A stretch of DNA of 64,000 bases from Camelus ferus (taxonomy: Eukaryota), in NCBI RefSeq assembly GCF_009834535.1, contig NC_045698.1:3846001-3910000 (forward strand). The letters run 5' to 3'. Both the position numbers and the translations under genes were made by a program. Below the pieces are notes generated by a model. The model did no database searches, had not been told where the DNA came from, and worked only from the letters and a program-made list of their open reading frames with translations. Below, piece by piece: positions 11,894 through 24,850 of this stretch. Numbering within the stretch: the stretch's first letter is position 1; each line of letters opens with the position of its first letter.

Positions 11894-12939
11894 TATTGGA
11901 TTTATCGCTAAAGTTACAGTTAACCATTTAATCAGTGTAAAGGCACTGTTGTCATTTCAAAAGTCAGCTATTGAGTCAGAACTAAAGACCTACAGGTATT
12001 TTTCATGCTCCAAATAACTGGCAGCTGAATATGTATTGAAAATTCTTTTTCCCTTAAAATTCTCAGTGGCAATGGCAGAATATGACATTCCAAGTCTCAC
12101 TTTTGTGACTCATCAATACCTTACCTTACTTAACTCAAGAGTGTAAGACAGCATTCAAACAAAATATATTTCGATTCCCTGGGGCAATTTTGTCCAGCCT
12201 GTATTTTGATCTACACTCTGTGGGATGGTAGGCGCAGGAATGACAAGAACTGGGGGGATGATGTGACTTGCCAAAGTAGTCCAGGTAATGACAAGCCCGC
12301 AGAAGGACCACGGCGTCGTGACGTTCCATCCCATGCTTTCCAGTAGACCCCTGCCATGAAAGTAAGTCATGATGCTCATACACCCAGACCCTCACATTTT
12401 AGAATTCTGAAAATTGTGTGTAAATGGTTGGATGGTTTCAGATTGTCTGACAGTCAAAATAGGATGAAAATCTGATGGGATATCATCCTGAACTTAAGCT
12501 GATCTTCAAGGTGAACTAAGGGTTTATGTTTGTCCTAACCAGCTACGTATGCTGAGCTGGAAACGTCCTTTGAAGCGAGTTCACTGGATCTCGTAAATGG
12601 ATCACATGTTACAGTTAATTACCCAAGGGGAAGAGTCTGGTGGGTCCTCAGCCAGTGGGATGTTTCTTGAGATAGTTTTGGCCCTCTAGAGTTTCAGACA
12701 AGAGCTAATATCAATAGTTTTCTCATTGTGCAGGAAACCTTCAGAGCTGGCGGCCAACACCCGTCACCCAAGTGGGAACCGTCACTCCTTTTCCCCTGCA
12801 CACAGTCCCTTGTGCAGCGTACAGATTATTGTGTTCGCTTTTCCCTTTCCTATTTTCTTCACCTGTTTGGATCCTAAAGAATCCTTGCTTTGCATCCTTC
12901 AATTCACACCTTTAACCGTTGGTACATACCTTCCAGTAT

Positions 12940-13411
12940 CCCTTTCACGTGCAGTCTCCTCCCACATGACTGGGTATTGTTGGGGGACTAGATACGGCCA
13001 GTGGGACTTCATCAAGGTGGACGCAAGAGGAGGCTGGTGAGCACTTTCTCACTGGGACCCGCCCTTTGGAACTCTCCTTGGAATTTGGCTGCCATGCTGT
13101 GAGGAAGCCCAAGCATTCACAAAAAAGGACCCATGGGAAGGAACACTCAGGCCCCACAGCAACACGGCAAGCTCCCAGCAGTCAGGCAGCAACAACGGCC
13201 CCCCACGTCAGTGAGCCCTCGTGAACGCTACACCCCGGTGCAAGCCCCCAGACGCCTGCAGCTCCAGCCGAAGCCACGTGCAGCAGACGGGCCTCCTAGC
13301 TGAGCCCAGTCAATTATAAAATCACAAGACATGGTAAGGTGTCTATTTGTTTAGGTTGTTGCATTTTAAGTCACTAAGTTTTGGGAGGTGGATTGTTATG
13401 CAGCAATTGAT
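12940..13411 (+). mobile_element. MLT1G/H-like MaLR LTR
   Basis: gccatgctgtgaggaagcccaagc...gctgagcccagtcaa...ttttaagtcactaagttttggg...tgttatgcagcaattgataca. Confidence 0.8.
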
Positions 13412-13830
13412 ACAGAAAATGCCTTACTTTTTTTTTCTATCCTCCTTCTCCCTTTGTAACAAGCCTACCCTCACATTGTCCTCTGCCTCCTCTTCAGATG
13501 CCTGCTTCCCTAGTTGGGGGAATGCTCACCATTCACAGCGATGCTCTGGCTCCTGCTTGTCGTGGCCTCTCCTGAGTTGCCAGTCAGCACCTCCCATGAG
13601 CCAGTTCACCTCCCAAAGGCCTAAGCTTCGTAAATCTCCCTGGCCAGCACCCTTCGCCCTGTGGCCATGGGGCTCCCTTCACTGCTGCATGTATTGCTTG
13701 TGCTTGATCTCCTTCTCTGCTCCTGCACGTGGATTGCTATCTCCCAGAGTGTCATTCCATGTTCTTACAACGCTTGGCACCTCCTGAACACATGTCTCTT
13801 GAGTTGAATTCTTTAAGTTGTAGATCATAG

Positions 13831-14255
13831 AACATAATGCCATTTGCAGCAACATGGATGCTCCTGGAGAATGTCATTCTAAGTGAAGTAAGTCAGAAGG
13901 ACAAAGAAAAATACCATATGAGATCACTCATATGTGGAATCTAAAAACATAAAAAATAAATAAATACAAATCAGAAACAGACTCAGACATAGAATACAAA
14001 CTTGTGGTTTCCAAGGGGATGGGGGGTGGGAAGGGACAGACTGGGATTTCAAAACGTAGAATAGATAAACAGGATTGTACTCTGTAGCACAGGGAAATAT
14101 ATACAGGATCTTGTGGTGGCTCACAGCGAAAGAGAATGTGACAATGAATGTATGCATGTTCATGTATAACTGAAAAATTGTGCTCTACACTGGAATTTGA
14201 CACAACATTGTAAAATGACTATAACTCAATAAAAAATTGTTTAAAAAATAAAAAA
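13831..14255 (+). mobile_element. Young camelid L1, 5'-truncated (ORF2 end plus 3' UTR)
   Basis: aacataatgccatttgcagcaacatggatg...ctaagtgaagtaagtcag...gggatttcaaaa...ggaatttgacacaacattgtaaaatgactataactcaataaaaaa plus A tail; possible TSD agatcatag/agaacacag. Confidence 0.9.
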
Positions 14256-14543
14256 AGAACACAGTTTTCTTGTAAATACAAGCATTACACTGAGTATGAC
14301 ATGACAATGAGCCACATAGGAAATTATAGGGTAGAGCTAGAATTATTGAAGTCAGAAAACAAAGAGCAAAAGAGCAATGTAATAACAATCTTCATATGTT
14401 GCTGAACACCTCAGTAAACCTGGTGCTTAAAGAACATGACTGACACAAGGCTTATGAGTCAATCATTTGGTTCATAATTTTTACAACATAGAAGTGCAAT
14501 GTTTCTAAGGACATGATTAAATCCTACAAAGTATTTCCAAAGA

Positions 14544-14640
14544 AATAGACAGACAGGTAGATGGATGGATAGATGGATGGATAAATAGATAGACAGACAG
14601 ACAGATAGAAAGACTAGATAGAGAACAATAGATGGATAGA
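14544..14640 (+). repeat. Compound (GATA)/(GACA)/(GATG) microsatellite
   Basis: agacagacaggtagatggatggatagatggatggataaatagatagacagacagacagatag. Confidence 0.85.
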
Positions 14641-16519
14641 GTCTTAGTACAACTTCCTGGGGACTGCGATTTGCAGTCGTACAGTTAAAGGCTGAACGAC
14701 AAGCCACTCCTTACACATTAAAGATGAGGGCTGTGCAATGTTACTCCTTAGCACAGGACACTTGGAACCAGATGGCAGATGTTTTTTGAGGGTTGCCCCT
14801 GGTGAGCCTGATTCAAGACTTCAGTGAGCTGCAGGGGCAGTCCACTGGGCACTGCTCAGCCCAGGGCTTGGGCTGTGGGTCTTACTTCTGGTCTAAGAGC
14901 CACATGGTCCAGGGTGACTTGTGAGTATGTCCATGTCAAAATAATACCTTTTTTGGAGCCTCTAATTTATCGGTTTCCATGTTTTACTGCAAGATAGAAT
15001 TTCACAGAAAATAGAATAGAGACTGAGTAAGGAGCCCAGCGGGAAGGGATGATACAGACCCGTCATTTTCTACTCACTTCATGGCATCTGCTGCCCCAGC
15101 CTTTTCGTCTTCATGCCTTTGTATCCCCACCAGCGTCAGCCTAACAGCCGGAGCCTCCCTCTTCCCTCCAGCTTAGTTAGCTGGGGCTTTTCCTCTGCCC
15201 TTGCCCCTGGCAAGGACTTTAGTTTCAAAAGGGTTTTTAGCTGAGACAAGACATAACTGTACAGAGATACTAACCACTCTTAAAATGCTTATACGGATTT
15301 TTAAAGCCAATCTTGAGCAAAACCCTTTATCAATGGTGGATTTAATGAATATCACATAACTGAGAAATACACAAGGCAGTTTTAGGTTTTATTTAGCATT
15401 ATGGAATTACTAGGCTTTTTCACTTGATTATTATAAAAATAACAAAAATTCTTTGACATCATTAAACCAATAAAGCATATGGAGGGAATGGGAGAAATTC
15501 ACAAGTAAATAGAATGGGCTTTTAATAGGATTTTGAAGTCAAATAGTATTAAGATCTTCCAGGAAATAAGAAGAGCTGAGGGGTTTAGCATATGAAAGGG
15601 TTTAAGTCACCTTCAAGGTTGAGAGCCCCTTAGAACTAAGTGGATTATTTCCCCTCCACTGTTCATCCCACTGCAAATTCCAAAGTGATTTCCACTTTTC
15701 TCAGTCACTGCACATTTAAAACATATGTTAAAATAAGTGAGCTAGAACGGCTTTCCAATCAGTGCACCAGACCTTCCTTAGTTTGGACCAGGATCCAGAG
15801 GTCCTGACACTCCAGCTGGAATCACTGCTAATCAAGGGATAAGTAAAATGTGACTTGGAAAATCATACTGCAGTTTGATCCATATCAGTATTTACTGCTT
15901 ATTGGTATTTACAACATTACACACAATGTTCCCAAGCAGACAAAACAATTGTTTTCGACGCCTGTGTATCCCCTGTCCCTGAGAAGTGCTAAAGAAGGCA
16001 CGTGCTAAACTCCTAGTCTTCACTGTTCTTGGCCAACTGCGTGGCCAAGCCCGGCATGATGGCCTCTCGCTGATCCAGACGGCCAGCCTCGCTTGTCCTC
16101 TCCCACAGGGGTTGTGGAGGCACACGCAGGATGTGGTTTTTGACAACATTTGACAGAGGCCTCCTACTCTGCAGTGTGAACACTGTGATGGGGAACTCCA
16201 CTGGCCTCGATCAACACAGTCATAGGCTTGTATGAAGCCACTGCCATTGGTTGAAACCCCACACGCTCTCTGTAGGTTGTCAAACGTGCTGTCTCCTCTA
16301 TCTGGAACACGCTTACCTCCCACCTCTGCCTGCCACGAACAGCCCAGCCTCAACGCCGCATCCTCTGGGCAGCCGGTCACTGACCCCTGGAAACGCAGGT
16401 GAGACATCCCACGTGTCCCTACAGTGCACGGGCAGCCCTGGTCTCGCTCATTTTCACCCCTTTTGACTTCTTCGTCGTGATCCACTATTTGGTACATTTT
16501 CTTATTTCCATATTAACCA

Positions 16520-16817
16520 CAGCAGAGCTCTGTGTTGCCAGGGGCGTAGGGCACGAGTGGGGTGTGGCTGCGCAGTGCTTGAAATATGGCTGGTGTGACC
16601 GAGGAACTGCATTTTCACCTGAGCTGAAACACGGAGTAAATGCAAATTACGCACAGAATTCCGAAGACCCAGAACAGAAGGAGGTGTGTGAGATGTGTGT
16701 CGTGTCTGTTCTTACGTGCGGAAATGACCATATTTTGGATATACTGGGTTAAATAAATCTATTAAAAGTAACTTCACTTGTTTCTTCGTTAGCATTGTAT
16801 TTCTATTGGAGACACTG
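16520..16817 (+). mobile_element. MER33-like hAT-Charlie element
   Basis: gtggctg..cagtgcttgaaatatggct...ttccgaagac...gaaatgaccatattttggatatactgggttaaataaa...gcattgtatttctattgga.acactg. Confidence 0.8.
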
Positions 16818-17699
16818 GTCTAGCAGAGTGGATCATCTACAGACACCAGACCAACAAATAGAATCTATTTTGTAATATAGAGCTGAGTATAAGATACACA
16901 ATTTAGGAGTGATTAATAGTTACGGGGAAAATGACAATCTATTTTGACCAGCAAAAGAGATGCACTTTAGGGGTCCAAACGACTGTGTAACACGGCATGG
17001 AATAGATTTAGGCCCTTCTGATGCCACCATTTCAGCTGTACCCTTTTGTAACCTTTTTGCCTCCTTTCTGACATGAAACTTCATTGTGCATCTGGGATCT
17101 GGGCAGAGATGGGGCTCCCTGTCTCTGTGAGTTCCTTGCTTCCGGAATACCCATCGTTCTCAGCTGCCCTGCTGGGTCTGAACTGTACTCTGATGCCTCA
17201 GGCCGCCTGCCCCCAGAGCTAGAGGGTGAGCTTAGTTAAGGAACCCATCAGACTCACGACTTGGATCCTGCATCCCGCTGTCTTGCAAGAGTAGATTCCT
17301 CTTTACTGCCTGATCTTCCTGCTGAATCCATGCAGGGTCTCTTGCATGCATAGTTTAGCCTTCAGCTGGGGATTTGGGAAATTTTTGCTCTGAATTTTGG
17401 TCTCGCTCCTATGATTCCTGAGCTGGCAGAATTTCCTTTTGTATTTGCAGCTGCTTTCCCAGCTCTGAGCTCTAGTGCTATTATCTTTGGCTAACAAAGC
17501 TGCAGCTTTGCCCCTACACCCCTGCACCATTTTCCACAATCATGGCAGAGTGGATTGGGCAGTGACCCTGGCCAGGGAGCCATACACTTGCCATTGTACC
17601 ATTTCCAGTTACTTTTGGGTGAGTCCTGGTGTATTAAATGATGGTTTTATTTATTTTATCAAGCTTTGATAACTGATATCTACTCAGGATTCACATGAC

Positions 17700-18420
17700 C
17701 TGCTTCACTTTTTTACCATTTCCACAGGCAAACTTCCATGTCCAGTTTTCACGGTAGATGGACGACCACAGCAGCAGTAGCTTGAGGATGCTGTGGGGCC
17801 AGTCACTCGACTTCAAACACAAGGGCTTGGGCCATAGTCTCAGAAAGCCACCCAGACGACTGGAGGTACCAACTCAGAATAAAGGAAGACAGAATGAGCA
17901 GTAGAGGAGAGGGATGGTGTACTCCTCAGCCCCAGGTGCCATAACAAAATGCCCTGGACTGCGTGGCTTAAATAACAGGAATTCTTTTCTCATGGTTCCA
18001 GTGGCTGGATGTCTGAGATAAAGGTGCTGGCAGGTTCGCGTCTCAGCATGAGGCTTCTCTTCCTGGCTTGTAGGCCACCGCCATCTCGCTGTGTTTCCAC
18101 AAGGCGCAGAGAGAGGAGAAGCAAGCTCTCTGCTTTCTATTCTTATAAGAACAGGGGCCCGACCCTCAAGGCCTCCTCACCTAAACCTAATTACCTCCAA
18201 AGGTTCTGCCTCCAAACACAAGCACATCGGGGTTGCGGGAAAGCGTCCCCGCCCCACATATGACATTGTTGGTGGAAAGTGTCGGTTGTGACCCACAAGC
18301 CACTGCAGGGTTGGAGGTTTTAGTTTGTCACAGTGACATCCTTCCTTCAGTTCTCCCGGGAAATGAGGTTAACCAGAACCTGGAGACGCTGTCTCCGGTT
18401 ACAGTGAAGTCCCTAGGCGG
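17700..18420 (+). mobile_element. ERV-L class internal 3' end (HERV16/ERV3-16A3-like), split by MLT1A
   Basis: acttccatgtccagttttcacggtagatggac..cagcagc...cagaatgagcagtagaggagagggatgg | ..gtgtcggttgtg..ctgcag..tagtttgtc..aaccagaacctggag is colinear with the recalled consensus. Confidence 0.6.
17918..18270 (-). mobile_element. MLT1A0-like MaLR LTR
   Basis: gccataacaaaatgcc..gactgcgtggcttaaataacag...tctgagataaaggtgctggcagg...cctggcttgtagg...ctaaacctaattacctccaaagg; candidate TSD gatgg/ggtgg. Confidence 0.85.
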
Positions 18421-18424
18421 CGTT

Positions 18425-18706
18425 GAGTGTCACGTGCTGACTCGCAGTTGTATTCACCTTCAGGAGTTCTCCTGAGGGGAGCGGTCTCACCCAAGGGGTA
18501 GGAGGGCCAGGCTCCTTCTCCTCACGCCAGGGACAGCTCTGAAAGGCCACGCTATCTCTATCGACTTTTTTGCAAATGCAGTGCATTTAAAATTTACCTC
18601 CTGCTCAGTTCTGCCTGCTCCCCTCAGTCCCCTTCAGGGACTGCTCCCCAGATAGTTCCTGAACACAGATCTCTGCTCAGCACTGCAGGGAACCCCACCT
18701 GCCTCC
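18425..18706 (+). mobile_element. LTR16-like ERV-L LTR
   Basis: cctgctcagttctgcctgctcccct...cttcagg...ctccccagatagttcctgaacacagatctctgctcag..ctgcagggaaccccacctgc resembles the LTR16 3' end; directly follows the internal fragment. Confidence 0.55.
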
Positions 18707-18744
18707 AGAAGTATGTGAGTAATCTTGGTCAGAAGGTGGACAAA

Positions 18745-19256
18745 GTGCATTAATTATTATTAATTATTCCCATTCTGCACCCCTCCCTGCACTCAAGCTA
18801 TTTGCCACAGAATTTTGCATTTTCTCTCACTAAAGAGGCACAGTTTATTTCCTTTATTTTCTTACTCCTTCATTATGGTCATGCAGCTGCTTTGCCTGGT
18901 AGGATGTTGGCGGATGTGACGAGTGCAAGCAGTTGAAAACTGCGTGTGGATTCTACTTGGCTCTTGCCCAGCTGTCATCTCCAGGAAACACGCCCGGACC
19001 AGCCCATCAGAGGGCAAAGCACACGGAGCAGTGTGGAGTTGACCAGTTGTCCCTGCCAAAGCCCTGTCCATCGGCTGCCTTGCACTCCTTCCCTATAGTT
19101 GTGAGTGACCGCAGCCAAGGTCAGAAGAACTTTCCAGGTGAAGTTCTAATTCACTAACCCCAAAACTCAAGGGCTAACAAGTGCTTACTATTGTATGCTT
19201 CTGAATTCTCATGGGTGTTTGCCATGAAGCAGTATCGTGTCAACAGATAACAGGCA
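18745..19256 (+). mobile_element. MLT1G-I-like MaLR LTR
   Basis: ctcactaaagaggc...ttgcctggtaggatgttggcggatgtgac...gtgcttactattgtatgcttctga...gcagtatcgtgtcaacagataac. Confidence 0.7.
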
Positions 19257-19409
19257 GAAGTACTGGTGATTCCCAATCTGAAGTCTGAGGAAGGCAGCCC
19301 TTATTGGAAGAGCACGTTTATTTATACCAGGATCAAGCAGAAGAAGTAAGCATTTGGAATTTTCAGAATTTATACTTCCCATCAAGACTCATAAGGTGTG
19401 TGAATCCTT

Positions 19410-20122
19410 CATGCTGGTCACTGTCTTTTTGCTCTGCCAAGGTTCATTTGCTGTCCTTCTCTGCTCAGCTCATACCCCTGTGAACTGCACTGCACAGCCT
19501 CCTTTTTTTCTGGAACTAGTTGACTTTGGTCAATGAGATTCTCTGGCAGATCTGAGGATAAAATAAGAGAAAGTTTAAGGTATGCCTTCTCCACTCCATC
19601 CCGTCTTTGGTGTCAGGGCTCGTAACATAGCTTCAGTCTTCTGTGATTACCTAGAGACTCCCACTCTATGATTCCATCTTTCTTTTCTTTTTTTAAAAAT
19701 TTTTATTGATTTATAATCATTTTACAATGTTGTGTCAAATTCTAGTGTAGAGCACAATTTTTCAGTTATACATGAACAAATATATATTCATTGTCACGTT
19801 TTATTTCTCTGTGAGCTACCACAAGATCTTGTATATATTTCCCTGTGCTATATAGTATAATCTTGTTTATCTATTCCACATTTTGACTCGGATTTCAAAA
19901 TGATTCCATCTTTCAATGAGCTCTGGCAAAAAAATTTCTTCCCCTAGTCCCTTCAGATCAAGAGATGGAAATGAATTCTCCTTGTCAGATTCTGACGGTC
20001 TTAGCAAACATCACCTGTTAGTTTGTTTAATCTGCCCACACCTCTGTAAAGAGTCCTTCCATTAGACTCTCTTTCTAAACCATTTCAGATGAATTCTATT
20101 TCCTGCCAGACTCTGATCAACA
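19410..20122 (+). mobile_element. LTR33-like ERV-L LTR, split by a young L1
   Basis: tttggtcaatgag...cccttcagatcaagagatggaaatg...taatctgcccacacctctgtaaagagtccttccattagactctc...tatttcctgccagactctga. Confidence 0.7.
19683..19899 (-). mobile_element. Young camelid L1 3' end (~215 bp) with 5' micro-inversion
   Basis: Antisense of the 14040-14255 sequence; perfect 15-bp TSD atgattccatctttc at 19668-19682 and 19900-19914. Confidence 0.92.
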
Positions 20123-20169
20123 CTCCCACTCCTAAAAAAGTGAATGCTGGGTGGCTAAAATTGTATCCT

Positions 20170-20412
20170 CTCTGTCACCCACTGTGCATAGCAGCCCCAT
20201 CGTATTGCCATATTTTAATTTTCTGCATAGTACTCACAGGATACTTTTATTACATATTTGTTTATTATGTCTTTCACCCACAGAATGTAAAATCTTTGAG
20301 AATAAAGACTTACTCTGACTTTTCTAACCTGGTGGTCCCATTACCTAGAGAAATACCTGGTATGCAGTTGATATAATAAGACCTCAATAAATATCTCTTG
20401 AATGACATAAAT
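20170..20412 (+). mobile_element. L2a-like 3' end
   Basis: atatttgtttattatgtct..cagaatgtaaaatctttgagaataaagac...cctagagaaatacctgg...ctcaataaatatctcttgaatga. Confidence 0.75.
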
Positions 20413-22149
20413 AACTTTGTGGATACACATATAAAAGTAGTTTTTATGACTTCGAGTTGTAAGTTCTGGGACTCAGAGGGTCTAAACCCCACTGAAATAT
20501 ATAGACACGTAAATTCCCAATTATTAAGAGATTGCTTGAATATATATTTAAATAGTAATTTTTTTCAAGACCCTTTACCTGGCTCAAAATATTGATGTGT
20601 TGAAACTGATACAGTTAAAGATACTTCCCCTTTGAACTTGAGGCCAGTTTCTCTCATTACAGAATTCTGAAGTAGTGAAGCCAGCTCTATTTGGAGAGTC
20701 AAGCTTACTGGGAGAAACACATACTGTTAAAAAAAAATTTTGCATAGAAATGAAAGATCATACAATCTATTCCTGGAAAATTATTCTGCTGATTCTAAGG
20801 CTCAAAAACAGAATGAGAGAAGAAAGGTCAGTCATGTGGTTCCTGGTGAATCAGCCTGCCATGCAGGGCAGAAGGATGAAGCCATGTCACTGCCACCCAG
20901 AGGATAATGGTGGTTCTGGAGTCTCCGAATTGGGGTCAAAGGTAATTTTTATCTGAGGAGATAAACAAGCATGTAACGCCCTCCTTGACGGGTGCGTAGC
21001 AATTTGATTGAAAAATAAATATTATACAAATGCTATGTTTTCTAACTCTGACACTCAGTCAGTATCTCCTGATTAATGCTGACTGACCTGTTTCTCAGAG
21101 AATTCCATTTCAGAACATGACATTGCGCTGCAGGGAACATCTTGCCCTCGGAAACCCTTACTGATGAACAGACCGTCTGCTGTGTCATCAGTGGTTGCTC
21201 CTCTGTGGGTTCTCTGGTGTGTCCTGACCTAGGGTTTTGCAGGCTATTTATTATTTCTTTTCTGAGAAGCCCTATTTTAACACAAATCTTATACACAATC
21301 CAAAGGGGATCACATGAGCTTCCTTTCTGTATGGGGGTTCTCCCATGTCGAGTAACACTCCCTTTGTTGAGCGGTGTTGAGCCTTCTGCCTGGATGGGTA
21401 GCGCCGGCTCGTCCAGATTTGGTGGATTACCTGGTGGTTTCATTAGTTAGCCTCACACGGCCAAGATCTTACCTGCAGGGACGTCAGGCTTCCTGGAAGA
21501 GTCAATGTGTCCCGTTTCAGTCTTGGGAGAAGGAAGCAGCAGAACTGAAGGGAAAGCATCGACACAGGAAAGAGGAAACCCTCGGGCCTGATGGAGAGAA
21601 AGTGAGTCCTGCTGGGGAGCCAGGCCTGGGAGCTGGAACGCTTCTGCTGATCAGCGGGAGGCCCCCGTGCTGGAGCGGGGACACTGCATCCTTCCTGCCC
21701 CAGACGCCTCTGTCCAGATCCAGGCCTCCTGCCCTCCCACCTGGGGAATCTCCATGTCTCATCCATATCTTGCCCTTCATGACCCCTCCCCTGCTGAGTG
21801 TCCTCTGGGCCCCGGCTTCAGACGGTTTTCACATCTCCACCTCTTGCCTCTACCGTAGGTGAGTTAAACTGGAATAACAACACCCAGGTCACGTGGCCTG
21901 AAGAACTAGCGAGAACAACACACGCAAAGTGCCCTGTTGAAGGCAGAGTACATTTCACATACAGAATGTGCACGAGTGAGACCCTCTCTCCACAAGCCTC
22001 AGTTTCCTGTGTGTTACTACGAGACTTAACTTTACCCAGTGCTTCCAGTACACTGTTCATTTCTCTCTGTGTTTCAGGAGTACAAATACCTATCGAAAGA
22101 GTAAATAGATTAAGTGAAGTAATCCTCGTAGCGTTATGATGCAGCTGGT

Positions 22150-22265
22150 CTAACTTCATTCATCTTACAATGAATATGTTGTGGCACCGATAGGTTGACT
22201 CACTTCCCCGTGGTTACCCACCCAGAAGGGGAGAGAGCTGGATTTGAACCAGGCCTTCTGCTTTG
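22150..22265 (-). mobile_element. MIR fragment
   Basis: ggcac.gataggttga.tcacttcccc.tggttac..agagctggatttgaaccaggccttctg. Confidence 0.5.
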
Positions 22266-22894
22266 AACAATTATGCTCATTTATTTCATGACAATGGCAC
22301 CACTATGGGCATGCAGGTGGTGGTGGGCAGGACCTTCTCCCAGGCCCTGCTGCAGGAGTCTGAGCTGGCAGGGCAGCAGCTGACACCTGGGGCCACGCTG
22401 GACACCAGTCTGCAGCCGCCTCCAACCTCTCTGGCCGCAGCTTCCGGGAGGCACAGCAGATTTTTAGAGTCTCCAAGCTGGGCCCCGAGGAGGTCCAGAA
22501 GAGCTGTGAACACCTGTTCAAAGTGAACGATAAATCCTTGGTGACTCCTTCTACCTGCAGTCAAAGGTGGTCAGAGCAAAGGAGCTTGATGGGGGCTCAG
22601 AATCCAGGCCCACGAGGACAGAGAAAAAGATGCCCCAAACAGGACCGCTCAGCTCCTCCCACTCCACCCTGCCCACCACTTCTGATTTATAGCTCAGCAG
22701 TAAATGTCTTTTCCCTGCCACATGGGCAAAAGGCTTCAGAGTCACTTCTGGGACTTCCTTTGCCCTAAAATCCCAGTAAGAGTATTATGAAGTCTCCTTC
22801 TGATGCCCTGACCCATTGTCATGCCGAAATAAATTTCTGAGCTCAAGAAGGAGCAGTCCCTGCCTGGGGAACCACATTAACAAACTGAAAATTA

Positions 22895-23625
22895 GATATC
22901 AGAATGTTTATAGCAGATTTGTGCTGAACAGACAAAAACTGGAAGTAGTGTGTGTGACCATCAGTAGAAGAAGGAAACACAAATACCATGACATCCACAC
23001 AGCGGAACTATACTCTCGTACTGTGGAATTATACTCAGCGAAAAAGGGAACAAGCTATTAACACATTGATTGCGAACAACAGGATGTGGAGTGAAAAAAG
23101 TCTTAGCCAAAAGTCCACGCTATGTGACATTCTGCAGCGGGCAAAACAATCTGTGGGAGGAGAAATCAGAATAGTGGCGCACCTGCGGGAACGCAGGCGA
23201 GGACTGACTGAGAGGCAACATTAGGGCTTTCTGGGGTGACTGGCTGTGTTCTGGGTCTTGATGGGGGGGTGGGGTTAGAGAGGTGTCACACACTTACTGA
23301 AACTCAGTGAGTGTACACCTAAGGCATGTACATTTCATCATGGGTCAGATTTACATAAAAGCATGCATGCAAGTATTGAGTTAATCCTACAGATGCTGAC
23401 ATTTTTAACGGAAAGTGTGATGTCTGCAAAATGTTTTGAAATGCATTAAAGAGAAAATAGTTTGATGGATGGAGGGAGGGAGGGACTTGATGACTGTGTG
23501 AAAAAGTAGGTAAAGTAAGCGTTAATGGTGGAACCTAGGTGATGAGTGGATGGGCATTCATGACAGAAGCCAGTCCATTTTGCTGTCTGTTTGAAAATTT
23601 TTGTAATAAAATGCTGGGGAAAAAG
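22895..23625 (+). mobile_element. L1ME3-like 3' end
   Basis: agaatgtttatagcag...aaaaactggaa...ggcaaaacaatctgtgg..gaaatcagaatagtgg...ctttctggggtga...tttgaaatgcattaaa...tttgaaaatttttgtaataaaatgctggggaaaaa. Confidence 0.8.
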
Positions 23626-23734
23626 GAGATCCCACAGCAATCTTCTTTCACTGCTTTTGAGACTTTTGAGATTTCTCTTTAATTCTCTTTAATCCCCCAT
23701 GCAGAATGCCTATGGCATGAGAGTAGTCATAGGT

Positions 23735-24135
23735 GAGTGTTTCTCACAGTGTGGCCGGGAATCCACCCTGAGACCTTGAGGGACCTGGCAAGGTCAAAAC
23801 CATTTCCATAATAACACTAAGATGTTACTTGCTTTTAAAAAACTCATTCTTTCATGAGTGTGCAATGGAAATGTTTAGATTTGTGGCATCTCAGTAGATT
23901 AAATCCAGAAGCAGCTCGAGAAGCCAGCTGACTTCTATTAAGTGAGACAATAAAAAAAAAATTGTAAAAATGTAAAACGATTCCATCTTCTCCCTAATTT
24001 GTGGTTGTTTTGGAAAATATAGTTATTTTTGACAGCAATATGTATGTTAACATGTTATGGTTTTACTTTGCCATTTTAAACTACATGAATAAATATTTTA
24101 TAAAGGTCACAGTTTTACTAATATTGTAAATAACA
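23735..24135 (+). mobile_element. hAT-Charlie (Charlie4a-like) non-autonomous DNA transposon
   Basis: agtgtttctcacagtgtggcc...aggtcaaaaccatttccataataacactaaga...cagaagcag..gagaagccagctgacttctattaag...ttttggaaaatatagttattttt. Confidence 0.8.
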
Positions 24136-24739
24136 ATTCTTAGCAGCAGAAGTTAAAATCCAGATCGTGTTAATCACGAGGATTTCCTCAGCAAAGTTTA
24201 CATTAGTTTTATTCGCACAGTTGGAGGTAGGGAGCCCTCAGTACGTGTTAAGGGAGCAAGATATCCTGAGAGCAGAAAGCTTGAACATCTCTGTGATTCA
24301 TGAAGGTCAGGAGGGCCTGTGGCAGCCTCCTCCATTCTAGCATCGCATTCCTTGACCTCTCTGGGAAGTGAGATTCCGACGGTACCAACCTCACTTGGAT
24401 GGGAGAGGACCAAAGGGCTGGCAGTCCTTGGAGATGCCGAGTATTAGAGGGGTATTTGCAAAAAACAAAGCAAAGCTCAGTGTTCATATTATTTGCACAT
24501 ACATTTTCCCTCTTCTCACGGATCACAGCCTCCCCGAGGAAGGGAGATACATCTTCACACTTTCATCTTTGCATCCCCACTGGAGGGAGCCGTCACACGA
24601 TACCCCGCAGGCCTGCAAGTCAGATAAAGGCGGACAGACGTGATGATTTCCCTCCCCACGTGCCCCAGGGCCAGGCACAGAAGCAGCTCTTCAACAAGTA
24701 TTTACAGAGTGAATTAACACATACATACATTAATACAAT

Positions 24740-24850
24740 GGCCCCCATTTTATCTAATAGGAAGTTGAGAACTATAAAAAATTCTCCAGGGGACTTACTT
24801 TGTTACGTTCACGTGTGCAGGTATTAAACAGAGCCATGCTTGAAACAACG
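24740..24850 (-). mobile_element. MIR fragment
   Basis: ccccattttatctaataggaagttgag...gacttactttg..gttcac...cagagccatgcttgaaac. Confidence 0.5.

Noticed and set aside
12190..12370. Possible exon ending at aa|gtaagt (similar donors at ~53715 and ~54480)
   Set aside because: Isolated consensus donors are common by chance and I have no transcript evidence; a lncRNA exon cannot be excluded.
24140..24560. Possible additional LTR next to the Charlie element
   Set aside because: No termini, TSD or family motif that I could identify with confidence.
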